A stretch of DNA of 64,000 nt from the human T2T-CHM13v2.0 reference genome, Homo sapiens: the NCBI RefSeq assembly GCF_009914755.1, contig NC_060935.1; one strand, written 5' to 3'. Shown here in pieces: positions 14,791 to 27,687 of this stretch; position 1 is the stretch's first letter, and each line of letters starts with the position of its first letter. The notes below the pieces were generated by a model, which worked only from the letters and a program-made list of their open reading frames with translations, searched no databases and was not told where the DNA came from. The translations under genes were made by a program, and so were the position numbers.

Positions 14791-16439
14791 AAGAGAAGTT
14801 TGTAGGTAAGCCTTAGAAACGAGCAGAACTTGATGATTGAATATTTTGAGTATGTACTTGTATTTCCCATTTCCACTGTATGTGCTGGATTCCTTATTAT
14901 CTGCCAGTAGAAGATAATTTGCTAAAACATGGAAAACATTACTTCTGTGTCATATATATTGCAGGTGCATCCAATGGAAAGACAGATTTTCTTAAGCCCA
15001 AGACAAGAAATCCAAGAGAAGAACTTATTTTTCATACTTTTCAAGTGCCATCTTTGACTCAACTTCTTTAACTGGAGGTAAGGGGTAGGGGAGGTTTGTA
15101 AGGATATACCAACTCCCTCGAGGGTGGCTAGAGTATGAGAAGGCTATAGTATAGTTTCCAGGCAAAAAAGATTGGTGCTGGTCCCATGGTTCTAAACTAA
15201 ACCACCAAGTTACCCTACATAGAGTTGATAGGCTGAAAGGGACCTGCCCCTTCATAGGTCCTCTTTGATACCTAAATTAAGAGAAAACATACTTAAAAAT
15301 AATAACGATTTTAATTTTAGAAATAATAACATAGCAAGGGTAAATAGAAAAAAACTTAACTCAAAAATCTGAATCTTTGTATACTGTAGGAAAAGAAAGA
15401 TAATTAAAAGTATTATTATTTTATAACAATACACATGTGTATATGCATACCCTGCAGATATTCATATTTTCCATGTTTTTCGTTATTTAGTTTGAAATAG
15501 TCTACTTTCTGGCACATAAAAAGAGCTTGTTAAATAATTGTGTATGCCTGTTTACATGCTTAATTATGAAGACACATTTTTTTAAAGGCTCATTTTTGGT
15601 TCATTTTCTTTGTGGAAAGTATTGGCTCAAATTGCTTTTATTCTAAGAAAGTGATGGAATGTGATTTCCACTCCAGTGAAAACAATGACTGTCTTGAAAA
15701 GACATGTATATTTTTGTAATCGAAAGAATACTGTCCTTTTGTGTGACGACATAAATTCCCCTTGTAAACTTTTAATATTTGTAAAAGTCGGAGGAGAAAA
15801 CCCTTATTTGAATCTAAAACTGTTTAATTTGTACCAGTCTAAGCAAAATCTGTCACTTAAACCATGCCAAGACAGTGATTGACAATTTAAATTGCTTTTC
15901 ATAAATCAATTGCAAAATAGAAGTAAAATCAGAAATATACTTTGGAAAATGAAGAATGTTTTCATTATAATGATCTACCCTGTGGCATTTCAAAAAGAAA
16001 ACCAAGCATCTCAGCACTTTAATATGAGGCACTACAAATAATAAATGGCAGACAGTAGCTAGTAGATGCTGTTCAATATGAACATTATATGCAATGAATT
16101 AATAATTTATCACTTATATTTATAATGAATTAAACAGAAGAAAGCAATTCTGTATGGATAAAGTCTATCTGAAAGTGTGGTTTTGTCTGTTTCAGAAGTT
16201 TGCACAAGTCACCAAGCATTTTTATGACCATGCTTATTATAATTTGATACATGCAGCAAGTTTTTTCTTGAAATGCTGTAATTATTTTTATCTACAAGAT
16301 GTTATTTTAAATATTTATTATTAGAAGTAGCCTCAGCACTATAAACATGATCTTTAATGCAACTAAAGTTCAGAATAAACAATGACTTGAATCTGTAGAT
16401 TTCTGTGAAAAGATCCAATTGACAACGAATAAGCTCTCT

Positions 16440-17445
16440 TTTAAATAATCTTTATTTTTAGAACAGTTTTAGATTAACAGAACTTTGCAATGGTAGCATA
16501 AAGACCCCCTGTATATCCTGTACCCTGGCTTCACTAATTAACATCTTAAATTTGTATGGGATGTTTGTTATAGTTAATGAATCTATATTGACACATTAAC
16601 TAAAGGCCACGCTTTACTCAGATTTCCTTCGTTTTTGCCTAGTGTTCTTTTTCTGTTCTAGGATCCCTTTCAGAACACCATATTACATTTACTCATCACA
16701 TCTCAAGTTCTTCTTGGCTGTGACAGTTTACTAGACTTTCTTTGGTTTTGATCACCTTGACAGTTTTGAAAAGTATTTACTGGTCAGTTACTTTGTAGGA
16801 TATCTTTTAATTGGAATTTATCTCATGTTTTTCTCATGATTAGATGGGTATTATGTGTTTCGACAAGGATGACCACATTGTTAAATTTCCGTTTTCTTTT
16901 TTGATGTGTGTGTGCCCCTAAATCGCCATTTTTATCACATCTTATCACTGTCAATATTACTTATCAAGTTGATATTGACCTGGATATGAGGTAGTGTTTT
17001 TCAGGTTTCTTCAAATTAAAGCTATTCTTTTCTTATATTTCCATACTATACCTTTCTGAAGGAAGTCACTATGTCCAGACCACAATTAAGGAGTAGGGAG
17101 TTATGTACTCCCTTATCTTGAAGGTAGAATATTAACATACATCATTTGAAATTCTTCTGCACCGCAGATTTGTCTCTTCTTCCCCATTTTTTTTCATTCA
17201 TTCAATCATTTGTTTATATCAGTATGGACTTATGGATATTTACTTTATCCCTTGAGTTATAATTCAACACTACATTATTTATTTTGTTGCTTAAATTGTT
17301 CCACTTTGGGCCATTGAGAGCTCTTTCATTTGGCTCCTGTGTCCATTAGACATCATCCTTTTATTGCCTTTTTATTTTTTCCTAGTGCCTCCTTGCCTTC
17401 TAGTACAATGAACTATTCCAATATCATGTTCCGTATTTTCTATCT
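16440..17445 (-). mobile_element. L1MC4-like 3' UTR fragment
   Basis: ttggctgtgacagttt...ttttgatcaccttgacagttttg...tactggtcag and ggaagtcactatgtccag are characteristic L1MC4 3'-end phrases. Confidence 0.7.
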
Positions 17446-17983
17446 AATGAATAGCTTTTAATCTTGCTTTTAATGAAAAAAGCTAATCTAAAAACATATT
17501 CCTACTTAAAATACTTTTTTTCCTTTTTGAATCAATTCTTTGGATTAAGACGTAATGAAAGAAATTAGTAATTGAATAAAATTGAACAGTGTACATTTAA
17601 ATAGATGTTTTATGAAAATTATAGATGTAGGCCATGAAATCAACTACTACATCTTCAAGAGAAAATAAACAAACTGGAAATCTTGCAATTAAGCATTCGT
17701 CTTTAAACTAGTTACTCCCTCTATAAAAGTGATTTATAGAATGGTCCATAAGTAATACCAATCACAGGGTATCACTTCTGAAATATCTGAGCATTCCTTT
17801 GAATTTCTTTCTTCACCACTGAAATCTTCATTAGCCATGTGTTTGAGTGTCTGGAACTCCTGACCTAGGGAACTAGAGACTTAACCTTCACTTTTACTCA
17901 CCTCAGCTGCTAAAGGCTTCTTTCAAAACTACTTTTGAAGTTGCCCAATTTGTCTCTACCTCTTCCTTGAGGTGCCAGAGAGC

Positions 17984-18009
17984 AATAATAATAATAATAA
18001 TAATAATAA
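17984..18009 (+). repeat. (AAT)n microsatellite at the end of a MIR relic (about 18010-18120)
   Basis: About 8 AAT units, followed by tttaaccctcccaacaacagcatgagata (antisense MIR). Confidence 0.8.
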
Positions 18010-18479
18010 ACAATAACTTAATTCCCTACATTCTATATGATAAGCCTATGTTAAATAGTTTATATACATTGTCTGATTTAACCCTCCCAACAACAGCATG
18101 AGATAAAAGTATTTTAGAATCGTAGCTAAAGTAATATTCTTACAGGCACAGGATTGGAAGTGGTGGAACAATCCTATTCTCTTAATAATTAAATTATATT
18201 GGCTGTCATGAATCTCAAGATCAGGGATCTTGATTGGTTTTGAGGTGGTTTCAAGGACTGACTTGTGGGGAAAAGCATAATGATATTACCTTGGAGTATT
18301 AGTAACTATATTTTGGGGTAAGGGGTTTTGTTAATTATTTTTGTTAGTCTGTTTGCTTTCTATTAGCATAAGACTAACACAGGCAAAGACATAATATTAT
18401 TTCTAATAAGCTTGAGTCCAAATAATCAAATTTCTGTTTTATGAGACAGAGGCCCCTTTAGTGATAGTAAAACAGTTGA

Positions 18480-18650
18480 TACACAGGTGTTGACTCCCAG
18501 AAAGCTGGATTCAAATTCTGAAGCTGCTTCTTGCTGGTTCTGGAATCTGGAACATAATACTTGAATTTCCTCAGCCTCTGTTCCCCATCTGAAAAATTAG
18601 GAAGATTATACCAAAGTCAAAAAATATAGCAATAATTAAATGAGATTTAT
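18480..18650 (+). mobile_element. MIR
   Basis: ctggattcaaattctg...cctcagcctctgttccccatctgaaaaat...aattaaatgagat matches the MIR core. Confidence 0.65.
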
Positions 18651-19204
18651 ATATCCAAATCTGAATGTCTCTCCTGATTTATTTAACTATAGTCAAAGTA
18701 TCTACTAAAGAACCTCACGAAAGACAGGGGCAGAAAATTTCAGATTAACGTGAGTCTGGTTTCTTTTGTCTTATTGTTCATTTCTCTGCTATCCATAGTA
18801 ATAGAGCTTCTAAATGCAATCTTTTTCCTTACCTTCTAATAAATTGTTACAAAGATTTCCTAAGTTTCTTCAAATAATATTCTTTCCTTACATATAGTAA
18901 TATTTTTCATTCCTGGGGGCTATAGATTTAGGTATTTTTCTCAGTCTTATCCTGGCTTCCTATTCAAATACCTATTACTTCTCAGTATCTTAATAGTAGT
19001 GGGTTGATCTTCTAAGTTAACACTTAAGGGACTCTTGTCAAGGATATGAGCTGGCGCACCCTCACATCAGGTTTAGTTTTTGGTTGTTCATGTTTTCCTC
19101 AGAGGGCTTAACAGGTTTCTCCACTGGGAGAAAGGATACTTTCCAGGTGATGGGGCCAGGAACTGAGAAGAAATGACCGACGTGCATGCCTAGTTTTCCT
19201 TTTC

Positions 19205-19510
19205 TTACATTGAAGCATTTCTCTTTCTGTCTAGAATTAATTTCCTCACCTGTGCTTCAGATCACGACTCCCACCATTTCTCTCATGTATCTCCCATGTC
19301 TTCTATTATCACCTTCACATTATCATTTAAACATGTTTTTCCATTAATTAAAAAGAAAAAATGTCTTTTTATCTTTCATCTTATACTTGCTACTGTTCTT
19401 TCTCTCTTACACCTTTTCCTACCGATATTTCTTAAAACACATGTTTGCTCAGGCTGTAAACGATTCCTCATATACTTATCTCTCCTTAATCCTCTGCAGT
19501 CAGACTTGCT
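19205..19510 (+). mobile_element. L2 fragment
   Basis: CT-rich degenerate L2-like text ending ctccttaatcctctgcagtcagactt. Confidence 0.4.
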
Positions 19511-21467
19511 TATCGGTGTCCGTCCTGTCAAAAAAAATCTAAGAAAGAAATTTAATCCTCATTTTTATTTTTGATTTGCCCATATTTAACACTGTTGGCC
19601 ATGTGTCTTCCCAGAAAAAAATTTATTGCCTTGGTTCTTGTAATTACATGTCTTTCTGGTTCTACTTTTACCTTTCTTGAGGTTCTCAGATTATTTTGTG
19701 GACTGATCAGCCTCTCTCTACCACTTAATGAGAGTTTCCCCTTAAGAACCACAGGGCTTTTACAAATTGAAGAGAACAATCAGTGCTATAAACCATAACT
19801 AACCCTACGTCATTTTTGAGAAGAATTACTATTTGATGTGAAGGAACACTGTAAATCACAACGTAAAGTAAAATATCTCCCCTATTTTGGCCATGAGATC
19901 TTATCTTCTCCTAAAACACCTGAATTTATTTCTTGTAGTAAAACCAGAATTACTGTCACTAGGATTTTATTTTATTTTAGTTCCAATATATAAGCTTTGA
20001 AATTAAAATTAAACTATAAAATATAATTTTATAGACGGCATAGGGATAACATGTTTCTCACATTAACATTTCAGTCCATTTTTCTTTTCTCTCGTTTTCT
20101 CTCACTACTAAATTATATAGTAGGCAGATTGTGTTTGAGCTGTCAGAGGAGAAGTCAGGGAAGTTTTAATTTAGGAGGTTCCAAAGCATGAGATATAGTC
20201 CAAGGAAGCCAGCTTAGGTGGAATACAGAAAGAAGATAAATGGGAGGATAGAAAAGAGGGTTAGGAGGAATAAATTATAGAATATCAAAACTCTAGAGAG
20301 GTTTTATAAAGATTAGAAAAGGAATATCAATTGGAGAAGTAATAAAAGTGTGTATTGTCATATTAAAATGTGATTGGCTATTTTATCCAAAAATATATTC
20401 AGATTAAAAAATAAATATTAACTAGACATATAGTGTTCTTTTTAAGTATAATTATTCCAGTTACAAAACTTGTCCACTATGATTCATACATTACTCCAAG
20501 TTTAGCTTACATTCCAAATGTAATTTTTAAGCAAGTTTCTCAAAAAGATATTTATTCTTATATGAAATAGTGTAGTGTTTTCCCCCAAAATGCAAGAGCC
20601 AGTCCAGAAAATATTCTTTATTTTCCATAATTTCTTACCATCTATTGAACCCTGTATACTTTCATTAGATAAGATTAAATTATAAATGCCTGTCCCATGA
20701 TTTTTGGTAGCTATGGGATTTGAAATCCTGTTATGTTTTCACATGTTTTGGTCTCTTTTTTTTTTTTGATCAGCTTTATCTAAGGCAAATTATTAGGCTG
20801 ACTGATTCCCCCACCACCAAAAAAAAAAAAAAAAAAAAAAAAAAGCTTACCATTTATAAATCCCAAGATGGAGCTGGGTGTCACCTGAATATTCTGCACT
20901 CTGTCCATTAATATTTTGATCATTTAAAGTTACAGTGTCTTCAAAATTAAAAATTGAGTTCTTATTATCACTTTACATTCTTGGGACCAACCTGATGTAA
21001 ATATATCCAACAATTATGCTTGTAACACGAACAAGGCTATAACTACATTCTAAAATGAGTTACTGAGATCCAATATACTTTAAATACAGTAATTGATTAA
21101 GAATAAAAATCTCATTTGAGGAAATGAAGGATTTGAGGCTGAATAGAAATTGTTGATAATTACAAATACTTTTTTGTGTTTTGTATTAATTTCAAATGTA
21201 TGGTTTGAAATCACATAAGCACTGTATCATAATGCTTCTCTAAAATTTATATATTCAATTATATGACACTTTTTCTGCAATACAATGTTACTACCTCTAG
21301 AAAAAGTGCAGATATGATAAAATAAAAATGAATGTTCACTTTAAGAAAGTTACTTGTATTCTAGTATTAATTTCCACACTAGCTCACTTAAAGATATTTG
21401 TCTAGTTATTTAATGTATCTTGTTATAACACTGTTTTATCTCTTGCCACAACAGCTGATCATTTAAA

Positions 21468-21709
21468 TAGAGTTGGTGAATATTTTCTTAAAGGACCAGA
21501 TGGTCAATATTGTAGGCTTTGATGATAGATATTGTAGAGATTACTTATTAAGGTCTCTGTCACAACTGCTGAACAGTGATATTGTGCCACAGAGGTAGTC
21601 ATAGAAAATAAGTGAACAAATGAGAGTGGCTTTGTTCCAATAAAACTTTATTTGTAAAAACAACTTCTGGGTCATATTTGACCCATAGGACATCATTTGC
21701 CTAGCCCAG
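21468..21709 (+). mobile_element. MER58A hAT-Charlie MITE
   Basis: taaaggaccagatggtcaatattgtaggcttt, ggtctctgtcacaact and gttccaataaaactttattt match MER58A; possible 8-bp TSD atttaaat / ctttaaat. Confidence 0.8.
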
Positions 21710-21879
21710 CTTTAAATAGTAAAATTGGGCTCAAGGAATTATGTTCCATTTTTTAATAGTCCTTGCTTATCATTCAAAAGAAAGGTGAACAATAATTGGA
21801 CATGATTTGAAGTAAATTAACCTGACGTTACATCACAGAGTGGATACTTAGAGTATGTTAACCCTGTCTAAAAGATGGC

Positions 21880-21989
21880 ATCACATAAGGGTGGTTAACA
21901 GTCAGTCCTCTGGAGCCAGAACTACTTGAGATAGATCTTAGATTCTCCATTTATTAGTTGTGTACTCATAGAAAGAAATTTATCTTCCT
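21880..21989 (+). mobile_element. MIR 5' part; continues at about 36974-37005 and 37532-37635
   Basis: gtggttaa...ctctggagccaga...ccatttattagttgtgt stops at the L1 insertion; colinear MIR text (agttttctca; aaagtacttagaacaatgc) resumes after the L1 and after an MLT1. Confidence 0.65.
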
Positions 21990-22977
21990 TTTTAAAATTT
22001 TTATTTTTTATGGGTACATAGTAGGTGTACACAATTATGAAGTACATGAGATATTTTAATATAGGCATGTGATATGTACTGATTATATGACAATAAGTGG
22101 GATATCCATCACCTTAAGCATTTATCATTTATTTGTGTTACAGACATTCCAATTATACTCTTTCAGTTATTGTTAAATGTACAATAAATTATTGTTGACT
22201 GTAGTCACCCTGTTGTACTACCAAATGCTAGGTCTTATTCATTCTGTCTATAATTTTGTACCCATTGACCATCCCCTCCCACCTTCACCCACTACCATTC
22301 CCAATTTCTGGTAACCATCATTCAAATCTCTATCTCCATGAGTTCAATTATTTTAATTTTTAAGTCCCACACATAAATGAGAACCTATGAAGTGTGTCTT
22401 TCAGGATGTGGCTTATGTAAGTTAACAAAATGTCCTCTAGTTCCATCCATATTGGTACAAAAGAAAGGATCTTGTTTTATCACTAAGTAGTAGTCCATTT
22501 CGTATATGTATCACATTTTCTTTATCTATTAGTCTGTTGATGAACACTTAGGATGATTTCAAAAACTGACTATTATGATTAGTGCTGCTAAAACCACAAA
22601 AGTGCTGATATTACTTTTGTATGTGGATTTCCTTTCTTTTGTATATAAACCTAGCAGGGAGGTTTGCTGGAGCATATGGTAACCTAATTGTAGTATTTGA
22701 GGAACCGCTCTACTGTTATTCATAATGGCAGTTCTAATTTACATTCCCACCAAGAGTGTACTAGGGTTTCCTTTTCTCCATATCCTTACCAGCATTTCTT
22801 ATTACCCATCTTTTAGATAAAAGTCTTTTATAACTAGAGGGAGTTATTTAACTGGAATTTTGATTTACTTACCTCTGATGATCAGTGATGTTGAGCACAA
22901 TTTCATATACCTGTTTGCCATTTGTATATCTTCTTTTGAGAAATGCCTATTCAGATGTTTTGTGCATTTTTAAATAG

Positions 22978-25900
22978 TGGTATGGTTTGGCTCTGTGCCC
23001 CACCCAAATCTCATGTTGAATTGTAATTCCCACATGTTGAGGGAGGGACCTGGTGGGAGGTGATTAGATCATGGGGGAGATTTCCCCCATTATGTTCTTG
23101 TAATAATGAGAGAGTTCTCAAAAGTTCTGATTGTTTAAAAGAGTGTGGGATTTCCCCCTACTACTCCTGTTCCACCATAGTAAGAAACACTTGCTTCCCC
23201 TTCACCTTCTGCCATGACGGTAAGTTTCCTGAGGCGTCACAGTATGTTCTGGCTGTGTCCTCACCCAAATCTCATCTTGAATTGTAACTCCCACAATTCC
23301 CACATGTCATGAGAGGAACTCAGTGGGACGTGATTGAGTTATGGGAAAGGTCTTTCCTGTGCTGTTGTCATTATAATGAATGAGTCTCAAGAGATCTGAT
23401 GGTTTTAAAAATGAGAGTCTCTCTGCACAAGCTCTCTCTTTTTTTGCCTGCTGCCATCCATATAAGACATGACTTGCTCCTCCTTGCCTTCTGCCATGAG
23501 TGTGAGGCTTCCCCAGCCATGTGGAACTGTAAGTCCATTAAACCTCTTTCTTGTGTAAATTGCCCAGTTTTAGGTATGTCTTTATCAGCAGTGTGAAAAC
23601 AGACTAATACAGTAAATTGGTACTGGGGGTGGGGCGCTGATGAGAAGATACCCAGAAATGTAGAAGCAACTTTGGGATTGGGTAATAGGCAGGGTTTGGA
23701 ATGGTTTTCAGAGGTCAGAAGAAGACAGGAAAAAAGTTGGAAAGTTTGGAACTTCCTAGAGACTAGTTGAATGGCTTTGCCCAAAGGCTGATAGCAATAT
23801 GGACAAAACAGTCCAGGCAGAGGTGGTCTCAGATGGAAATCAGGAACTTGTTGGGAACTAGAGCAAAGGTGACACTTGTTATGTTTTAGCAAAGAGACTA
23901 GCAGCATTTTGCCCCTGCCCTAGAGATTTGTGGAACTTTGAAATTGAGAGAGATCATTTAGAGTATCTGGCAGAAGAAATTTCTAAGCAGCAAAGTATTC
24001 AAGAGGTGACTTGGGTGCCATTAAAGGCATTCAGTGTTATAAGGGAAGCAGTGCATAAACGATTGGAAAATTTGCAGCCTGACAATGTAATAGAAAAGAA
24101 AATCCCATTTTCTGAGGATAAATTCAAGCTGGCTGCAGGAATTTGCACAAGTAATGAGAAGTCAAATGTTAATCCCCAAGATAATGGGGTAAATGTCTCC
24201 AGGGCATGTCAGAGGACTTCATGGCAGCCCACTTCATCACAGACCCGGAAGCGTAGGAGGAAATTAATGGTTTCATGGGCCAGGCCCAGGGTCCCTGTGC
24301 TGTGTGCAGTCTAGGGACTTGGTGCTCTGCATCGGAGCTTCTCTTGCCATAGCTGAAAGGGGCCTACCTAGAGCTTGGGCTGGAGCTTCAGAAGGTGAAA
24401 GCCCCAGGCCTTGGCAGCTTCCACATAGTGTTGAGCCTGCAAGTGCACAGGAGTCAAGAATTGGGGTTTGGGAACTTTTGCCTAGATCTCAGAGGATGTA
24501 TGGAAATGCCTGGTTGTTGAGGCAAAAGTTTGCTGCAGGTGTGGGGCCCTTGTGGAGAACCTCTGCTAGGGCATTGTGGAAGGGAAATGTTGGGTCAGAG
24601 CCCCCACACAGTGTACCCACTGGGGCACTGCCTAGTGGAGCTGTGAGAAGAGGGCCACTATCCATCAGATCCCAAAATGGTCGATCCCCTGACAGCCTGC
24701 ACCATGTGCCTGGAAAAGCTAAACACACAATGCCATCCTGTGAAAGCAGCCCAGAGGGAGGCTGCATCCTACAAAGCCACAGGGGTGGAGCTGCCCAAGA
24801 CCATGGGAACCCACCTCTTGCATCAGCCTGACCTGGATGTGAAAACATGGAGTCAAAGGAGATCATTTTGGAGGTTAAAAATTCGACTGCTGTGCTCAAA
24901 TTCAGACTTCCATGGGGCCTATAGACACTTTGTTTTGTCCAATTTCTCTCATTTGGAATGGCTGTATTTACCCAATGCCTGTACCACTATTGTATTTAGG
25001 AAGTAATTAACTTGCTTTTGATTTTACAGGCTTATAGGTGGAAGGGACTTACTTTGTCTCAAAATCATAATTCAGTTCAGCATTAACTCAAAAGTCCACA
25101 GTCCAAAGACTTTGAAGAACTGTTGGGAAGGCATGATTGGTTTTAAAATGTGAAGACATAAGATTTGGGAGGCACTAGGGACAGAATGATATGGTTTGGC
25201 TGTGTCCCCACCCAAATCTCATCTTTATTTGTAACTCCCACAATTTCCACAAGTCATCGGAAGAACCCAGTGGAAGGTGATTGAATTATGGGGGTGGGTC
25301 TTTCCAGTGCTGTTCTCATGATACTGAATGGGTCTTTTGAGATCTCTTGGTTTTAAAATGAGAGTTTCCCTGCGCAAGCTCTCTTTTTTTGCCTGCTGCC
25401 ATCGATGTAAGACGTGGCTTGCTCCTCCTTTCCTTCTACCATGATTGTGAGGCTTCCCAGGCATGTGGAACTGTAAATCCATTAAACCTTATTTTCTTCA
25501 CAGTCTCAGGTATGTCTTAATTGGCAGTGTGAAAATAGAATAATACACCTTCCCAGTCATGCTTTCTGTAGAGCCTGCAGAATTGTGAACCAATTAAACC
25601 TTTTTTCTTTATAAATTACCCAGTCTCACAGGTTTAGGTAGTTTTTTACAGCAATTCAAGAATGAGCTATACAGACAATTGTATTGAAAGTGAGATATTG
25701 CTATAAAGATACCTGAAAATGTGGAATCACCTTTGGATCTGGGTAAATGGCAGAGGTTGGAATAGTTTGGAGGGCTCAGAGGAAGACAGGGAGATGTAAG
25801 AAAGTTTGGAACTTCCTAGATACTTGTTGAATGGTTGTGACCAAAATGCTGATAGTGATATGGACAATGAAGTCCAAGTTGAGGTGGTCACAGAGGGAAA

Positions 25901-27687
25901 TGAGAAACTTACTGAGAACTGGAGTAAAAATCACTCTTGCTATGCTTTAGCAAGGGAACTGGTGGCATTTTTTCCCTGCCCTAGACATCTGTGTAACTTT
26001 GAACTTGAGAGAAATAATTTCAGGTATCTGGCAAAAAAAAATTTCTAAGAAGCAAAACATTTAATATGTAACCTGGCTGTTTCTGAAAGTATATAGTCGT
26101 ATGTGTTCACAAAGAGATAGTCTGAAATTGGAACTTATGTTTAAAATTGAAGCAGAGTGTAAGTTTGGAAAATTTGCAGCCTGTCCATGGGGCCAAAAAG
26201 AAAAATCCTTTTTCTGGGGAGAAATTCAAGCCAGCTACAGAAATTTGCATAAATAATGAGGAGCTAAATATTAATAGCCAAGACAATGGAGAAAATATCT
26301 ATATCTCCAGGGCATTTCAGAGATCTTTGTGGCAACCCCTGCAATCATAGGCCTGTGAGCCTAGGAGGGAAAAATTGTTTTGTGGGCCTCGCCCAGGGCC
26401 CTGCTGCTTTGTGTGGCCCCAGGACATGGTGCCCTGTTCCCCAGACACTCCAGCTCCAGCTGTGTCTAAAAGGGGAAAAGATAAAGCTCTGGCTATTGCT
26501 TCAGAGGGCGCAGTCTCCAAGCCTTGGTTGCTTTCATGTGGTGTTGTGCCTGCAGCTGCACGGAAGGCAAGAGTTGAGGTTTGGGAACTTCCACCTAGGT
26601 TTCAAAGGATGTGTGGAAATTCCTTAATGTCCAGACAGAAGTCTGCTGCAGGGGCAGAGCATTCATGGAGATCCTCAACCACAGCAGTGCAGAGAGGAAA
26701 TGTGGGGTTGGAGCCCCAGACAGAGTCCCCACTGGAGGACTGCCTAATGTAACTGTGAGAAGCGGGCCACTGTCCTTCAGACCCCAGAATGGTAGGTAGA
26801 CTGACACCTTGCACCAAGCACCTGGAAAAGCCACAGGCACTGATCACCAGTGCATGAAAGCAGCCACAGGGCTGTATTCTGCAGACACATAGAGATGGAA
26901 CTGCCCAAGGCCTTAGGAGCCCAGTTCTTGCAGCAGCATGACCAGGATGTGAGACTTGGAGTCAAAGGAGATTATTTTAAAGCTTTGAGCTGTGATGATT
27001 ATGCTGCAGGGTTTCAGACTTGCATGAGGCCTGTACCCGCTTTGTTTTGGCCAATTTCTTCCACTGGGAATGGGAGAATTGATCCAATGCCTGTATCCCA
27101 ATTGTATCTTGAAAGTAATTAACTTGCTTTTGATTTTACAGGCTTATAGGCATAAGGAACTTGCATTCTCTCTGATGAGACTTTGGACTTGAACTTTTGG
27201 GTTAATGCTGGAATAAGTTAAGACTTTGGGAGACTGTTGGGAAGGCATGATTTTGTTGTGAAATGGAAGAAGGACATGAGCTTTGGGAGGGTCCAGGGGT
27301 GGAATAATATGGTTTGGCTCTGTGTCTTCACCCAAATCTCATAACAAATTGTAATCCCCACATGTCAAGGAAGGGACCTGGTGGGAAGTAATTGGATCAC
27401 TGGGGAGCTTTCCCCAGTGCTGTTCTCATTATAATGAGTGAGTTCTCATGAAGTCTGAGGATTTAAAAGTATATGGCAGGTCCCCCCGCCACCTCTCTTT
27501 CTCCTGTTTCACCATGGTAAAATGTGCTTGCTTCCCCTTCATCTTCCACCATGATTGTAAGTTTCCTGAGGCCTCCTATTGATGCTTGCTGTTAAGCCTG
27601 GGGAACTGAGTCAATTAAACCTCCCTTCTTCATAAGTTATCCAGTCTCAAGTAGTTCTTTAGAAAGGCTTGAAAACAGACTAATACA
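22978..27687 (+). mobile_element. Complete MaLR element (MSTA/THE1D-like): split 5' LTR 22978-23239 + 25548-25673, internal 25674-27304, 3' LTR 27305-27687
   Basis: LTR termini tggtatggtttggctctgtg...gactaataca; perfect TSD aatag at 22973-22977 and 27688-27692; MaLR ORF remnant at 25806-26048. Confidence 0.92.
23240..25547 (+). mobile_element. Complete THE1 (THE1B/C-like) nested in the 5' LTR of the outer MaLR: LTR 23240-23611, internal 23612-25186, LTR 25187-25547
   Basis: Two THE1 LTRs flank 1.58 kb of THE1-internal sequence; the host LTR text gtttcctgagg...ccagtcatgct rejoins across it; degenerate TSD cgtca / ccttc. Confidence 0.92.

Noticed and set aside
17895-17985. Minus-strand exon-like segment ending in GAG|GTGAGT
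   Set aside because: Weak AAG acceptor, stops in all three frames and no partner exon visible.
20819-20844. Isolated 26-nt poly-A as a possible ultra-short retro-insertion
   Set aside because: No TSD, polyadenylation signal or retroelement body found; treated as a simple repeat.
23371-27335. Many overlapping 60-178 aa ORFs on both strands (also 6536-8395 and 9912-11595)
   Set aside because: All lie in THE1/MST elements; they are broken remnants of the MaLR ORF or GC-rich chance frames.
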